A stretch of 64,000 nucleotides of DNA from Candidatus Woesearchaeota archaeon. Lineage in GTDB: Archaea; Nanobdellota; Nanobdellia; Woesearchaeales; BS150m-G63. Below the pieces are notes generated by a model, which saw nothing but the letters and a program-made list of their open reading frames with translations, ran no database searches and was not told where the DNA came from. Positions 55,350-64,000 of this stretch are shown here, in pieces. The stretch is taken from contig JADHVD010000004.1 of assembly GCA_016784165.1 (NCBI GenBank), positions 11,624 to 75,623 of the forward strand, in the 5' to 3' direction. Each line of letters begins with the position of its first letter. Position 1 is the stretch's first letter. The position numbers and the translations under genes are program-made.

Positions 55350-56581
55350 GTTTTTATAATCAAATTTAATTTAGTTTTTCCAGATAATTTATCTAACATC
55401 CATTGTGTGGTTTCTTTTGAATATATGTTTGTTACAGGTGGCACAGGCCCCTTATTAAATAATGTTGTTGTAGAATTAGATAATTCAATTGAAAAATCTT
55501 TATCTTTAGGATAATTATAATCAGATTTCAAAGTTTTATAATCTGATTGATTTAATATTAAAAGTTTTTCTAAAGAAATCCCTTCTTCACCCTCAAACAT
55601 TCCAAATTTTGCAGAATAAGGAACTATAAAATCTTCACGATCATCCAAATCCTCATGAAATATTAAGTTGTAGAAAGTATTTGATGAAAAAGGAATTTCT
55701 ACAGTTAGTTGAAGGTTAGAACTATTCGTATGGTGTAATATGATTTCAGATTCTTCTCCAAGAATTAAAGTTAGAACACTATTTGAAGAATAAAGACTCA
55801 AAATATCTCCAGAATACTCAAAAGTTTCATTTTGAGAATAATTAAAAACACCCATATAGAGATTATCAGTGAAATAATTAGAATATTTGAACAAATCAAA
55901 AGACAACTCAAAAATATAATTCCCTTCAACATTCAAGTCAATATAATTATACACTTTTTGATTTTTAGCAAAAATATAAGATGTATGATTTATTGCTTGA
56001 TTAATCACTTTATATATTGAAGTAATGGGTGTGCTTGTAAATGAATTTGTTGTAACATCTAAAGAAACACTATTTAAATTGTAAGAAACACCATTAATTT
56101 TTTGAGTAGGATAGTCTGCTTTGTAAAACATAGAATTATAGAAATATGCTTTGAAACCAGTTGTTGAACTAAATTCAGAATTAGGTTCAAGATCATTCAT
56201 CACAAAAGGTAGAGAATAAGATTCATCAGAATCAACAATCCAAAAAGTATTTTCTTCTTCAGATAAATTATCTAAAAAAATAAGATTTCCCCTATCCAAA
56301 ATCCAGTATTTTCCATCTAAATAGAAATTTTCAATATCAAAAGGAAATTCAACAATCAATGGCTCATTAATTAAAGTGGTATTAGAAGTTATTATCATTG
56401 GAGCTTTGTAAACACTCCAAGAGATATCTTCTAATAGTCGATCTTCAACTAATGGAATAAGATTAGTTAATTCTGCCCTTTCAGAAACAGGAGTCACAAA
56501 TACAAAAAACCAAGCTATGTAAAGAAGAAACACTGCTAAGCTTATTGCCCAATCAACTTGAGATATCCCTCTTTTGTTCAT
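55343..56581 (-). CDS. Class III signal peptide (pilin-like) protein, 412 aa
   Basis: ATG at 56581. MNKRG|ISQVDWAISLAVFLLYIAWFFVFV. Confidence 0.55.
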   Translation of the reverse strand: MNKRGISQVDWAISLAVFLLYIAWFFVFVTPVSERAELTNLIPLVEDRLLEDISWSVYKAPMIITSNTTLINEPLIVEFPFDIENFYLDGKYWILDRGNLIFLDNLSEEENTFWIVDSDESYSLPFVMNDLEPNSEFSSTTGFKAYFYNSMFYKADYPTQKINGVSYNLNSVSLDVTTNSFTSTPITSIYKVINQAINHTSYIFAKNQKVYNYIDLNVEGNYIFELSFDLFKYSNYFTDNLYMGVFNYSQNETFEYSGDILSLYSSNSVLTLILGEESEIILHHTNSSNLQLTVEIPFSSNTFYNLIFHEDLDDREDFIVPYSAKFGMFEGEEGISLEKLLILNQSDYKTLKSDYNYPKDKDFSIELSNSTTTLFNKGPVPPVTNIYSKETTQWMLDKLSGKTKLNLIIKTW

Positions 56582-56625
56582 ATAAAGCTTCAAGAAACAA
56601 TAGTTTTTAATAATTTCTATATGAA

Positions 56626-56973
56626 TTACCAATTAATAATTAATTTCTTTACAGAGTTATGCCAATTATCAACACTTTGTAAAATTTTTGATTTTATTTC
56701 TTGTTTATTTTTTACTATATAAAAAAAGACATAACCCCCATTTTCGAGATTGGTTTGAATTCTTTTTACTAAATCTTTTTGAGTTAATAATTTCATTGCT
56801 TTTTGGATAGTGCTCCTATCTAAAGAGAGTTTCTCCGATATTTCTTTTATATCCAGTTCCCTCTTTGAATTTATTAGAAATAATAAAAGATTATACTCTG
56901 TTTTATTCAAATCAAAACTACATTTAATTATCTCTGCAAATTCTATATGTTTACAAGCAAATGAAACTGCCAT
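56626..56973 (-). CDS. Winged-helix (MarR/TrmB-like) transcriptional regulator
   Basis: NKTEYNLLLFLINSKRELDIKEISEKLSLDRSTIQKAMKLLTQKDLVKR. Its start overlaps the gdhA stop (TAATG). Confidence 0.65.
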   Translation of the reverse strand: MAVSFACKHIEFAEIIKCSFDLNKTEYNLLLFLINSKRELDIKEISEKLSLDRSTIQKAMKLLTQKDLVKRIQTNLENGGYVFFYIVKNKQEIKSKILQSVDNWHNSVKKLIINW

Positions 56974-58208
56974 TATGTATGTCCCCTATGTTTCATAGCA
57001 GAAGCAACCCTTGATACTGCAGAAATATAGGTTGCAGTTCTCATATCTATTTTATATTTTTGTTGAATTTTATATATTTGATTAAAAGAATCAGCCATTA
57101 TCTTTTTTAATTTACCCAGAACTTCTTCCTCAGTCCAATAATAGTTCATTAAATTTTGCACCCACTCAAAATAACTTACAACTACACCGCCAGCATTTGC
57201 AAGAATGTCTGGTATAACCAAAACTTTATCCTTGAAAAGCATTTCATCTGCTTCAGGTGTTGTTGGACCATTAGCGAGTTCTAAAATTATTTTTGCTTGT
57301 ATTTTAGAAGCATTTTCTTTAGTTATTTGGTTTTCTAATGCTGCAGGAACAAGCACAGCTGTTTTCAATTCCAATATATCTTCATTAGTTATATTTTTTG
57401 TATCCTGAAAGTTTTTTACAGAACCTGTTTTCTTTTTGTGACTAAACACTTTTTCTGGATCTAATCCCATTTCTGAATAAATTCCACCTTTAGAATCTGA
57501 GACTGCAACAATTTTATAACCTTGTTCATAAAGAATCTTTGCTGCAAAATAACCAGCATTCCCATAACCCTGTATAGCTACAGTTGTATCTTTCTTTTCA
57601 ATTCCTAGTTTTTTCATTGCTTCGTTTAGAGTATAAACTCCGCCTTGCGCTGTAGAAAATCCTCTTCCTTGTGAACCCCCAACTTCTATTGGTTTTCCAG
57701 TTATAACTGCAGGATTATGAAACCCCTCTAACCTAGAAAATTCATCCATCATCCAAGCCATTATTTTTGGATTGGTATAAACATCTGGGGCAGGTATATC
57801 TTTACTTGGCCCAATGATTGGTTTTATTGCTTCAATATAATTTCTACTTAATTTTTCTAATTCTTTTTCTGACAATTCATGAGAGTTAACTATCACACCA
57901 CCTTTTCCACCACCATAAGGGATATTAACAGCCGCACATTTCCAAGTCATCCACATTGAAAGAGCCATAACTTCTTCTTTACTTACATCTGGATGAAATC
58001 TAATTCCGCCTTTTGTTGGTCCTCTTGAATTGTTGTGTTGTGAACGAAAACCTTTGAAAACTTTTATTGTTCCATCGTCCATTTTTACAGGAATATTCAC
58101 TTCCAATATTCTTTGTGGCTGTTTTAAAATTTCATAAATATTTTTATCTAATTTCATTAAATCTGCTGCTTTTTTTAATTGTACTTGTGCATTTTCAAAT
58201 GGATTCAT
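56973..58208 (-). CDS. gdhA: Glutamate dehydrogenase
   Basis: KGGIRFHPDVSKEEVMALSMWMTWKCAAVNIPYGGGKGG and GYGNAGYFAAK. Confidence 0.95.
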   Translation of the reverse strand: MNPFENAQVQLKKAADLMKLDKNIYEILKQPQRILEVNIPVKMDDGTIKVFKGFRSQHNNSRGPTKGGIRFHPDVSKEEVMALSMWMTWKCAAVNIPYGGGKGGVIVNSHELSEKELEKLSRNYIEAIKPIIGPSKDIPAPDVYTNPKIMAWMMDEFSRLEGFHNPAVITGKPIEVGGSQGRGFSTAQGGVYTLNEAMKKLGIEKKDTTVAIQGYGNAGYFAAKILYEQGYKIVAVSDSKGGIYSEMGLDPEKVFSHKKKTGSVKNFQDTKNITNEDILELKTAVLVPAALENQITKENASKIQAKIILELANGPTTPEADEMLFKDKVLVIPDILANAGGVVVSYFEWVQNLMNYYWTEEEVLGKLKKIMADSFNQIYKIQQKYKIDMRTATYISAVSRVASAMKHRGHT

Positions 58209-59113
58209 TTTTTTATCCCCCTAACATAATTAAATACAGAAGTTGCTGCGATAGAACCTTCTGATGCCGCAGTTATCATTTGTCTTAAATTATTTGAATT
58301 AGTTGTTATATCTCCTGCTGCGAAAACTCCATTAACATTTGTTGATTGATTTTCAGCAGTTTCTATGAATTTTGCAGAAGTTAATTTTATTCCCAATGGA
58401 TCTGTCAATGCAGTTACTGGGACAGTACCTATTTCTATAAATAACCCATCTAATTCCAAATCATTTCCAGTATCCAATATTGCTTTTTTCAATACATCAT
58501 CGCCTTTTACTTTAGTTACATTAGTGTTATTTATAATTTCGATTTTTTTGTTTTTCTTTATCTCTGAAACCAAAGCAGGCTTTGCTCTTAATTCTTCTTT
58601 TCTATAAATTATGTAAACTTTTTTTGCGTATTGTGCTATTAATTCTGCAGCGATTACTGCACTATCATTCCCACCAACAATTCCAACAATTTTATCTTTA
58701 AAGAAAGGGCCATCACAAGTTGCACAATAACTAACCCCTTTTCCAAGAAATTCTTCTTCTCCAGGGATGTTTAATTTTCTTTTCTTTGTCCCAGATGCAA
58801 TTATAATCGTTGGCGCTTGATATTTTTTTGATCCTGTTTTAACTATAAATTCCTTTTTTTCTTTTTCTACTTTTAATACAGTATCATTAACTATTTCTGC
58901 ACCTAATTTTATGGCATGGGCGTTTATTTTTTCCATTATTTCAAATCCGGATGCAGATTCAAAACCTGGATAATTCTCTACCTTATGTGCCTCAGTTATC
59001 AATCCAAAATCTTGTCCAATAACAAGAGTTTTAAGATTATATCTAACAGTATAGATTGCAGCAGTAAGTCCTGCTGGACCAGAACCAATTATAATTGTAT
59101 CATATTTTTCCAT
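58205..59113 (-). CDS. trxB: Thioredoxin-disulfide reductase
   Basis: IIIGSGPAGLTAAIY, active site CATCDG, GGNDSA and AAGD. Confidence 0.9.
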   Translation of the reverse strand: MEKYDTIIIGSGPAGLTAAIYTVRYNLKTLVIGQDFGLITEAHKVENYPGFESASGFEIMEKINAHAIKLGAEIVNDTVLKVEKEKKEFIVKTGSKKYQAPTIIIASGTKKRKLNIPGEEEFLGKGVSYCATCDGPFFKDKIVGIVGGNDSAVIAAELIAQYAKKVYIIYRKEELRAKPALVSEIKKNKKIEIINNTNVTKVKGDDVLKKAILDTGNDLELDGLFIEIGTVPVTALTDPLGIKLTSAKFIETAENQSTNVNGVFAAGDITTNSNNLRQMITAASEGSIAATSVFNYVRGIKK

Positions 59114-59118
59114 TTTAA

Positions 59119-59472
59119 TTACACCTTTACTTTTATATTAAATTTCTTTAACAGTTTTGAAAAAAAACCTTCTCGTTTTTCTTCTTCTAATACCCTTAAC
59201 CCCAAAGACGCTTCGACAGCTTTTATTAAACTGCTTTTTGGTGGTGTGCCTTGCAAGCCTATCTTTTGTGGATGGCTAGGGCCAGATACCAACACAGTTG
59301 GTACAGTCATTATGCCATATTTCTGCGCTCTTTTTTGCCCTTGAGCTGTGACTGTGCTACTTTCAATCACTCTAATATCATCTCTTTCTTTAGCCAATTC
59401 TTTTGCCAATTTCACTGCTGAAGGGCAGTGTGGACAAGTAGGGCTTGTAAACACTTCTATTGTTGCCGGCAT
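59119..59472 (-). CDS. Glutaredoxin-like / small thioredoxin-fold protein (CPHC)
   Basis: ATG at 59472; the track start at 59490 is TTG. MPATIEVFTSPTCPHCPSAVKLAKE...GIMTVPT. Confidence 0.7.
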   Translation of the reverse strand: MPATIEVFTSPTCPHCPSAVKLAKELAKERDDIRVIESSTVTAQGQKRAQKYGIMTVPTVLVSGPSHPQKIGLQGTPPKSSLIKAVEASLGLRVLEEEKREGFFSKLLKKFNIKVKV

Positions 59473-59476
59473 TTTC

Positions 59477-59800
59477 TTATAAATTATCAATTATTGCGTC
59501 TATCTTTTGCTTCATAACTTCCTTTGGCGCAAATCCTGTGATTCTGTCGACTATCTCTCCTTTGTTGAACACTACTAATGAAGGGATTCCAGAAATTCCA
59601 AATTTTGATGATAATTCTGGATTTTCTTCTGTATTGACTTTTGTGAACTTGAGTCTTTCTCCATAAAATTTTGAGAGTTCTTCAAATATTGGGGCAAGCA
59701 TTTTACATGGCATGCACCATTCTGCCCAAAAATCTACTATCACAGGTGTTTTTGCATTATTTACTTCTTCTTCAAAGTTTTTTGGTGTTAATTCAATCAT
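59477..59800 (-). CDS. trxA: Thioredoxin
   Basis: VIVDFWAEWCMPCKMLAP...GISGIPSLVVF. Confidence 0.9.
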   Translation of the reverse strand: MIELTPKNFEEEVNNAKTPVIVDFWAEWCMPCKMLAPIFEELSKFYGERLKFTKVNTEENPELSSKFGISGIPSLVVFNKGEIVDRITGFAPKEVMKQKIDAIIDNL

Positions 59801-59982
59801 TTTATTTTTTCCTCCAATTATACTTTACTAATATTATTATTAAACGGATGTGATTAAGTTATTCACAACTCCTTTAAATACTTGTTGGTGTTGTGAGTAA
59901 TAGTGCAAGAATAAATCACATATTGAACATAAAATATAAATAGTGATTAAGTTTGGGTAAGTGTATGGTAAAAAGAGGGTTG

Positions 59983-61626
59983 ATGAATAAAAAATCCCAG
60001 ATAACATCTTTTATTATAATAGGCATACTTATGCTTTTTATTTTTTCTGCTGCAGTTTACTTAAGAGTAAAAGTAATTGACAAAAGCATAGAAGGGAAAG
60101 GAGTAGAAGTGATTACTCAAGATCCAGTAGAGGATTTAAATCAAACTGAACCTGTGGAGGATTTTGAAATTCAATTAGGTAATGGTCCTGGAGTGCAAGA
60201 ATACCCTACACAAGAAGCACAAGAACATCCAGAACAAGGGATACAAGAAGACATAAACCAAGAAACACAAGAAGACTTAACACTAGAAAATACTTCTTTT
60301 TGTTTTGATTCTGATAATGGAATATATGAGTCTGTTTTAGGGTTTCTTGATACAGAAAATTCAAGTGAACTATATGATCATTGCGAAGATGAAACAACAT
60401 TAGTTGAATATTATTGTGAAAATGAAACAAGCAATGAGTATTTAGTGGAATGCGTCAACGGATGCCTAAGTGGCGTTTGTATGTGTGTAAATGATATTGA
60501 TTGTGTCTCAGGCTTTTTTTGTGAAGAAGGAGAATGTAAACCCAACTGTATTGATTCTGATTTTGGAATAAATTATTATGTAAAAGGGGACGTTTTTGCG
60601 AGGGTGAATGAAACAAATAATTATTCTGCTCAAGATTACTGTTATAATAACACAGATTTATTGAAAGAACAATATTGTCATTATGGAAATATAAATCAGA
60701 GATCGCATAATTGTACTTATGGTTGTGAAAATGGTACTTGTATAAGTTGTGAAGATAGTGATGGGGGGAGAAAATATTATGTCAAAGGAATTTCATCAAT
60801 AGGAAATAACTTAACAAACGATCATTGTTTGAATAATAATACTTTAATGGAAACATATTGCGGAGTGGGAGGTTTACTGGAAGAAGAGTATGGGTGTACT
60901 AATGGATGCGAAAACGGATCATGTATAACCTGTGCAAGCATAAGTGAGAATGAAGATATATATGCTGGACTGTCAACACCTGAATCAGAGATAACTGTAA
61001 GATTATGGGATAATGCAGCAGAAGATGGGGATGTTGTAGATGTAGTATTCAATGACATATTTATAGATATCAATTACAGTTTAACTAATGTTGGAAAAAC
61101 ATATAATCTAATACTGCAAGAAGGAATAAACAAATTTACAGCAGTTGATGTTGAAACACCAGAGGGGAGAATGTCATTGCCAGGTGGAAGAGTGCTAACA
61201 GCAGCTGCAGAGATAATAGGGATTGGGGGTCAATTACCATCTTTTAGGATGGATGAAACAGGTCAAAGAAGAAGTCTAATTATATATTCTAACCAGAATG
61301 TAACTACTGAGACAATAACTGGAGGTGACCCCTTAGAAATGCTTTGTGAAATTATTGCATTGGCTGAAGAAGAGACTAATCAGACAGAAGATGAAAATGA
61401 GGAAGGGGTTGTATGTACTGATTCAGATGTTGATGAGGGACATTTAGATGGGTTTAATCCAGAAGTCTTTGGATATTTTAGTGGCACACCATTAATAATA
61501 GATTATTGTATGGATTCTGAGTATCTAAATGAATTTTTTTGTGATGAAGAAGGACATATTGATTATCATGATGAAGTTTTCTGTCCAAATGGATGCGAGA
61601 ACGGGAAATGTTTACCTGTAGAATAG
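59983..61626 (+). CDS. Pilin-like-anchored Cys-rich surface protein with four GC(E/L)(N/S)GxC modules
   Basis: I chose the ATG at 59983 (MNKKSQ|ITSFIIIGILMLFIFSAAVYL); the track start at 59953 is TTG. Repeated ...L.E.YC...C..GCENG(T/S/K)C modules. Confidence 0.6.
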   Translation: MNKKSQITSFIIIGILMLFIFSAAVYLRVKVIDKSIEGKGVEVITQDPVEDLNQTEPVEDFEIQLGNGPGVQEYPTQEAQEHPEQGIQEDINQETQEDLTLENTSFCFDSDNGIYESVLGFLDTENSSELYDHCEDETTLVEYYCENETSNEYLVECVNGCLSGVCMCVNDIDCVSGFFCEEGECKPNCIDSDFGINYYVKGDVFARVNETNNYSAQDYCYNNTDLLKEQYCHYGNINQRSHNCTYGCENGTCISCEDSDGGRKYYVKGISSIGNNLTNDHCLNNNTLMETYCGVGGLLEEEYGCTNGCENGSCITCASISENEDIYAGLSTPESEITVRLWDNAAEDGDVVDVVFNDIFIDINYSLTNVGKTYNLILQEGINKFTAVDVETPEGRMSLPGGRVLTAAAEIIGIGGQLPSFRMDETGQRRSLIIYSNQNVTTETITGGDPLEMLCEIIALAEEETNQTEDENEEGVVCTDSDVDEGHLDGFNPEVFGYFSGTPLIIDYCMDSEYLNEFFCDEEGHIDYHDEVFCPNGCENGKCLPVE

Positions 61627-61633
61627 GAGAGAT

Positions 61634-62386
61634 TCAAAACAAATTCTGATAATTAAGAAATACTTGGTTTGCTAATTCTTTTTCTGTTATACCTTTTATC
61701 TCTGCCAATGTTTTTATTGAATAAATTATATTTGAAGGTTCATTTCTTTCTTGTTTTTTTGGTCCCAAATAAGGGCAATCTGTTTCTGTAAGGATCTTTG
61801 AAAGTGGGACTAGTTTCGCTAATTCCTGAAAATGTGTGCTTCTTACTATGGAAGTGGGGATCGAAAAATAATAACCTTGTTTTATTGCTTCATGAATTTG
61901 TTTTTTAGCGCCACCAAAAGAATGTAGAATCACTTTTAACTTATATTTTTTCAAAATTTCTAAAGAATCATCTACAGCACTTCTTGTATGAATAAAAACA
62001 GGTTTATTTAGTTTTTCTGCTAATTTTAAAAGTTCATTGAAAGCCTTTTTTTGTTTTTCATGCTCTTTTGTTTGTTTGTGCCAATGATAATCAAGCCCTA
62101 TTTCTCCAATTGCAATAATCTTTTGTTTATTTTTCTCTATAAATTTGAGCTCTTTTGTAATTTGCTCTATTGTTAGTTTAACACAATCTGTTGGGTGAAG
62201 TCCTAAAGCAGGTTTTATAATATTATATTTTTTTGCCAGAATTAAAGTTTCTTTATTAGTTTGGGGACTTGTACCAGCATTGATAATTACTTTAATCCCA
62301 ACATCATCTGCATTTTTTACAACCACATCTATATCTGTTTGAAACGATTTATCATTAAGGTGTGCGTGTGCGTCTATTAGTAACAT
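61634..62386 (-). CDS. tatD: TatD-family metal-dependent hydrolase/DNase
   Basis: LIDAHAHLND, GEIGLDYH, PVFIHTR, ILHSF and TETDCPYL. Confidence 0.9.
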   Translation of the reverse strand: MLLIDAHAHLNDKSFQTDIDVVVKNADDVGIKVIINAGTSPQTNKETLILAKKYNIIKPALGLHPTDCVKLTIEQITKELKFIEKNKQKIIAIGEIGLDYHWHKQTKEHEKQKKAFNELLKLAEKLNKPVFIHTRSAVDDSLEILKKYKLKVILHSFGGAKKQIHEAIKQGYYFSIPTSIVRSTHFQELAKLVPLSKILTETDCPYLGPKKQERNEPSNIIYSIKTLAEIKGITEKELANQVFLNYQNLF

Positions 62387-62555
62387 GTTAGTTGATGATT
62401 GTTCTGATTATATAATTGTTTTGACTCTTTTTTAGAAAAATTTATAAAGATTAGTACTATTTTAATATTAAATAAATAATTATAGTGGATTTATTTAAGT
62501 TTAATAAAATAATAATAAAATAATTATTTAGTACTAATATACACGAGAAAACAAA

Positions 62556-62708
62556 ATGAGAATTGTTGTGAGCAACAACCAATATAGAATAACTTTGCCA
62601 AAGGATTTAGTAGAAGAAAAAGGATGGAAAGCTGGAACTAAACTTCGTTTTGTTGAAGATTTAGAAGGAAATGTACATTTGAAAGAAATAAAAAATAATA
62701 AAAAATAA
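62556..62708 (+). CDS. AbrB/MazE/SpoVT-type swapped-hairpin DNA-binding micro-protein (50 aa)
   Basis: My own translation is MRIVVSNNQYRITLPKDLVEEKGWKAGTKLRFVEDLEGNVHLKEIKNNKK. It is too short for the ORF track. Confidence 0.55.
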   Translation: MRIVVSNNQYRITLPKDLVEEKGWKAGTKLRFVEDLEGNVHLKEIKNNKK

Positions 62709-62737
62709 TTAATAACGCTATAATGAGGGGTGAAAAA

Positions 62738-63568
62738 ATGTTAGATATTTATGTAAGTAAATGGAAAATAGTGTTAGTTATGATTATAGGGTTGTTATTG
62801 CTTGGAGGAATTAGCTATTTTTTCATAAATTATTTCTTTGGTGTAAGTGTTGATGTTGCTGAATTGAATTATAAAGTAGATTTTGTTGAAGGAGAACATT
62901 TGACTGAATGTAGTGTTTTAAATTTAACTAACACTACTTATTATCTTGATAGTGATGTTGTCAGCAAAGGGAGTTGTTTTGTTGTTGAAGCAGATAATGT
63001 TGTGCTGAATTGTTTAGGGCATAAGATTGATGATATCCATAGATCAAATAATAGTGTAGGTATTCTATCTGAAAAAGACTTCACCACTGTAAAAAATTGT
63101 ATTGTAAATGGTTTTGATATTGGTTTACATTTTAAAAGTAATAAAGGTGGTGAAATACTAGATTCATTATTTGAGTGGAATAGGGAAGGGATTTATTTAT
63201 GGATATCTAATGAAAATATTATTAAAAATAATTTTATCAACAATAATAAAGATTTTGGAATTCATTTAAGACTTGCTGATGGAAATAATATCGAAGGGAA
63301 TTATTTGAAAGGAGATGGTTATGGGATTTATTTATCTAGCTCAAATGAAAATAACATTATTCTTAATGAGGGCTATGAAAATAATTGGTATGGTGTATAT
63401 TTGTTTAAATCCCTTGATAATTTTTTGAGTAGAAATAAATTCTGTTCAAACGCCCATACAGATATTAGGGTTGATAAGGGAGAAATTTTAAATGGGGAAA
63501 GTAATAGTTGTGGAAGTGTTTCTCATTTTAATGATATTGATGTTGTGGGGTGTAGTTCAATTTGTTAA
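62738..63568 (+). CDS. Membrane-anchored parallel beta-helix repeat (PbH1/NosD-like) protein
   Basis: ATG at 62738 follows gaggggtga. One TM helix. Repeats GIYLWISNENIIKNN / FGIHLRLADGNNIEGN / YGIYLSSSNENNIILN / YGVYLFKS. Confidence 0.65.
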   Translation: MLDIYVSKWKIVLVMIIGLLLLGGISYFFINYFFGVSVDVAELNYKVDFVEGEHLTECSVLNLTNTTYYLDSDVVSKGSCFVVEADNVVLNCLGHKIDDIHRSNNSVGILSEKDFTTVKNCIVNGFDIGLHFKSNKGGEILDSLFEWNREGIYLWISNENIIKNNFINNNKDFGIHLRLADGNNIEGNYLKGDGYGIYLSSSNENNIILNEGYENNWYGVYLFKSLDNFLSRNKFCSNAHTDIRVDKGEILNGESNSCGSVSHFNDIDVVGCSSIC

Positions 63569-64000
63569 ATTGGAAAAATAGTTTTTGGATATTTGTATTT
63601 ATAGTGTTAGTGAGTGTTGTTTCTGCTATAGAGATACCTTGGCCTAGTAATGTTCCTTCTGGAGCATCATTCCATCAGACTCTTTATACTGATGAGATAA
63701 AACCAGCTAACGGTACTGTGATTAATATTGCGGGAGTTATATATGGAAATGGTTCTGGGATTTATGGGTTAGATCTTGGAACTGTTTTTGGCGACGCAAT
63801 AAATTATGAGGGAAATACTGTTTTAATAGAAAATCTAAATGTAAGCGGAAATATAACTGTTAATAACACACTTCGTGTTTTGAGCACTATTTATTCTCCA
63901 AGTATTATTTCTGAGTATATCACTTCTGATAATATTTCTAGCACATTTATCAATACAACTAATTTAATTAGTGAGGAATTGAGCACCACTAATCTTTATA
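63562..64000 (+). CDS. Secreted repeat protein, 3'-truncated at the window edge
   Basis: The frame is open from TTG 63562 (overlapping the previous stop) to the window end. Signal-like WKNSFWIFVFIVLVSVVSA, then N/T/S/I-rich repeats. The start codon is uncertain. Confidence 0.4.
   Translation, partial: MLNWKNSFWIFVFIVLVSVVSAIEIPWPSNVPSGASFHQTLYTDEIKPANGTVINIAGVIYGNGSGIYGLDLGTVFGDAINYEGNTVLIENLNVSGNITVNNTLRVLSTIYSPSIISEYITSDNISSTFINTTNLISEELSTTNLY

Noticed and set aside
62451-62536. Repeated 9-mer ttagtacta (62451 and 62528) upstream of the AbrB-like ORF as a possible operator
   Set aside because: There are only two copies of a short AT-rich word in a very AT-rich spacer, which chance can plausibly explain.
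1-64000. Looked for CRISPR arrays, rRNA genes, transposases/integrases, reverse transcriptase/DGR template-variable repeat pairs and known defence-system ATPases/nucleases
   Set aside because: I saw no regularly spaced direct repeats, no rRNA-like GC-rich stretches, and no RT, integrase or transposase motifs in any translated ORF. The only long direct repeat (54496/54606) does not show adenine-specific mismatches.

Overview
This is a visibly AT-rich archaeal chromosome segment, probably from a small-genome, DPANN-like lineage. The archaeal assignment rests on RadA, RadB, PCNA, RPA, Orc1/Cdc6, aMBF1, archaeal-type uS2, archaeal RNase J, tRNAs with introns at 37/38, and an initiator tRNA with an A1:U72 pair.

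Bases 1-18921 form one co-directional cell-surface island. It starts with two giant adhesin-like proteins. They are followed by about 18 consecutive genes whose products all begin with a short basic leader ending in K-K/R-A/G and then a hydrophobic helix, which looks like an archaeal class III (type IV pilin-like) signal peptide. Inside this array one pilin-anchored protein fuses a lysozyme-like domain to a VanY/M15 LAS peptidase domain, and its neighbour carries an Amidase_3-like domain. That gives three bacterial-type peptidoglycan hydrolase modules in an organism that should have no murein. The array also contains a family of small Cys-rich pilin-like proteins that end in a conserved CC. 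No pilus ATPase, membrane platform protein or prepilin peptidase is visible in the window. This island is the strongest candidate for an undescribed system.

The rest of the window is mostly housekeeping:
- DNA replication and repair genes.
- A glycosylation island at 24.9-32.1 kb: three GT-C membrane glycosyltransferases, a processive GT2, a Dpm1-like GT2 and a membrane Trx-like CPxC protein.
- An ABC transporter, cyclophilin, SerRS, GdhA, a thioredoxin system and TatD.
- Three tRNAs (Leu-CAA and iMet with introns, Ser-GCU) plus a degenerate tRNA-like remnant.
- More Cys-rich, pilin-like and beta-helix surface proteins near the 3' end.

I saw no CRISPR array, rRNA, transposase, integrase or reverse transcriptase. 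All functional calls come from motif reading of the supplied translations. No database search was run.
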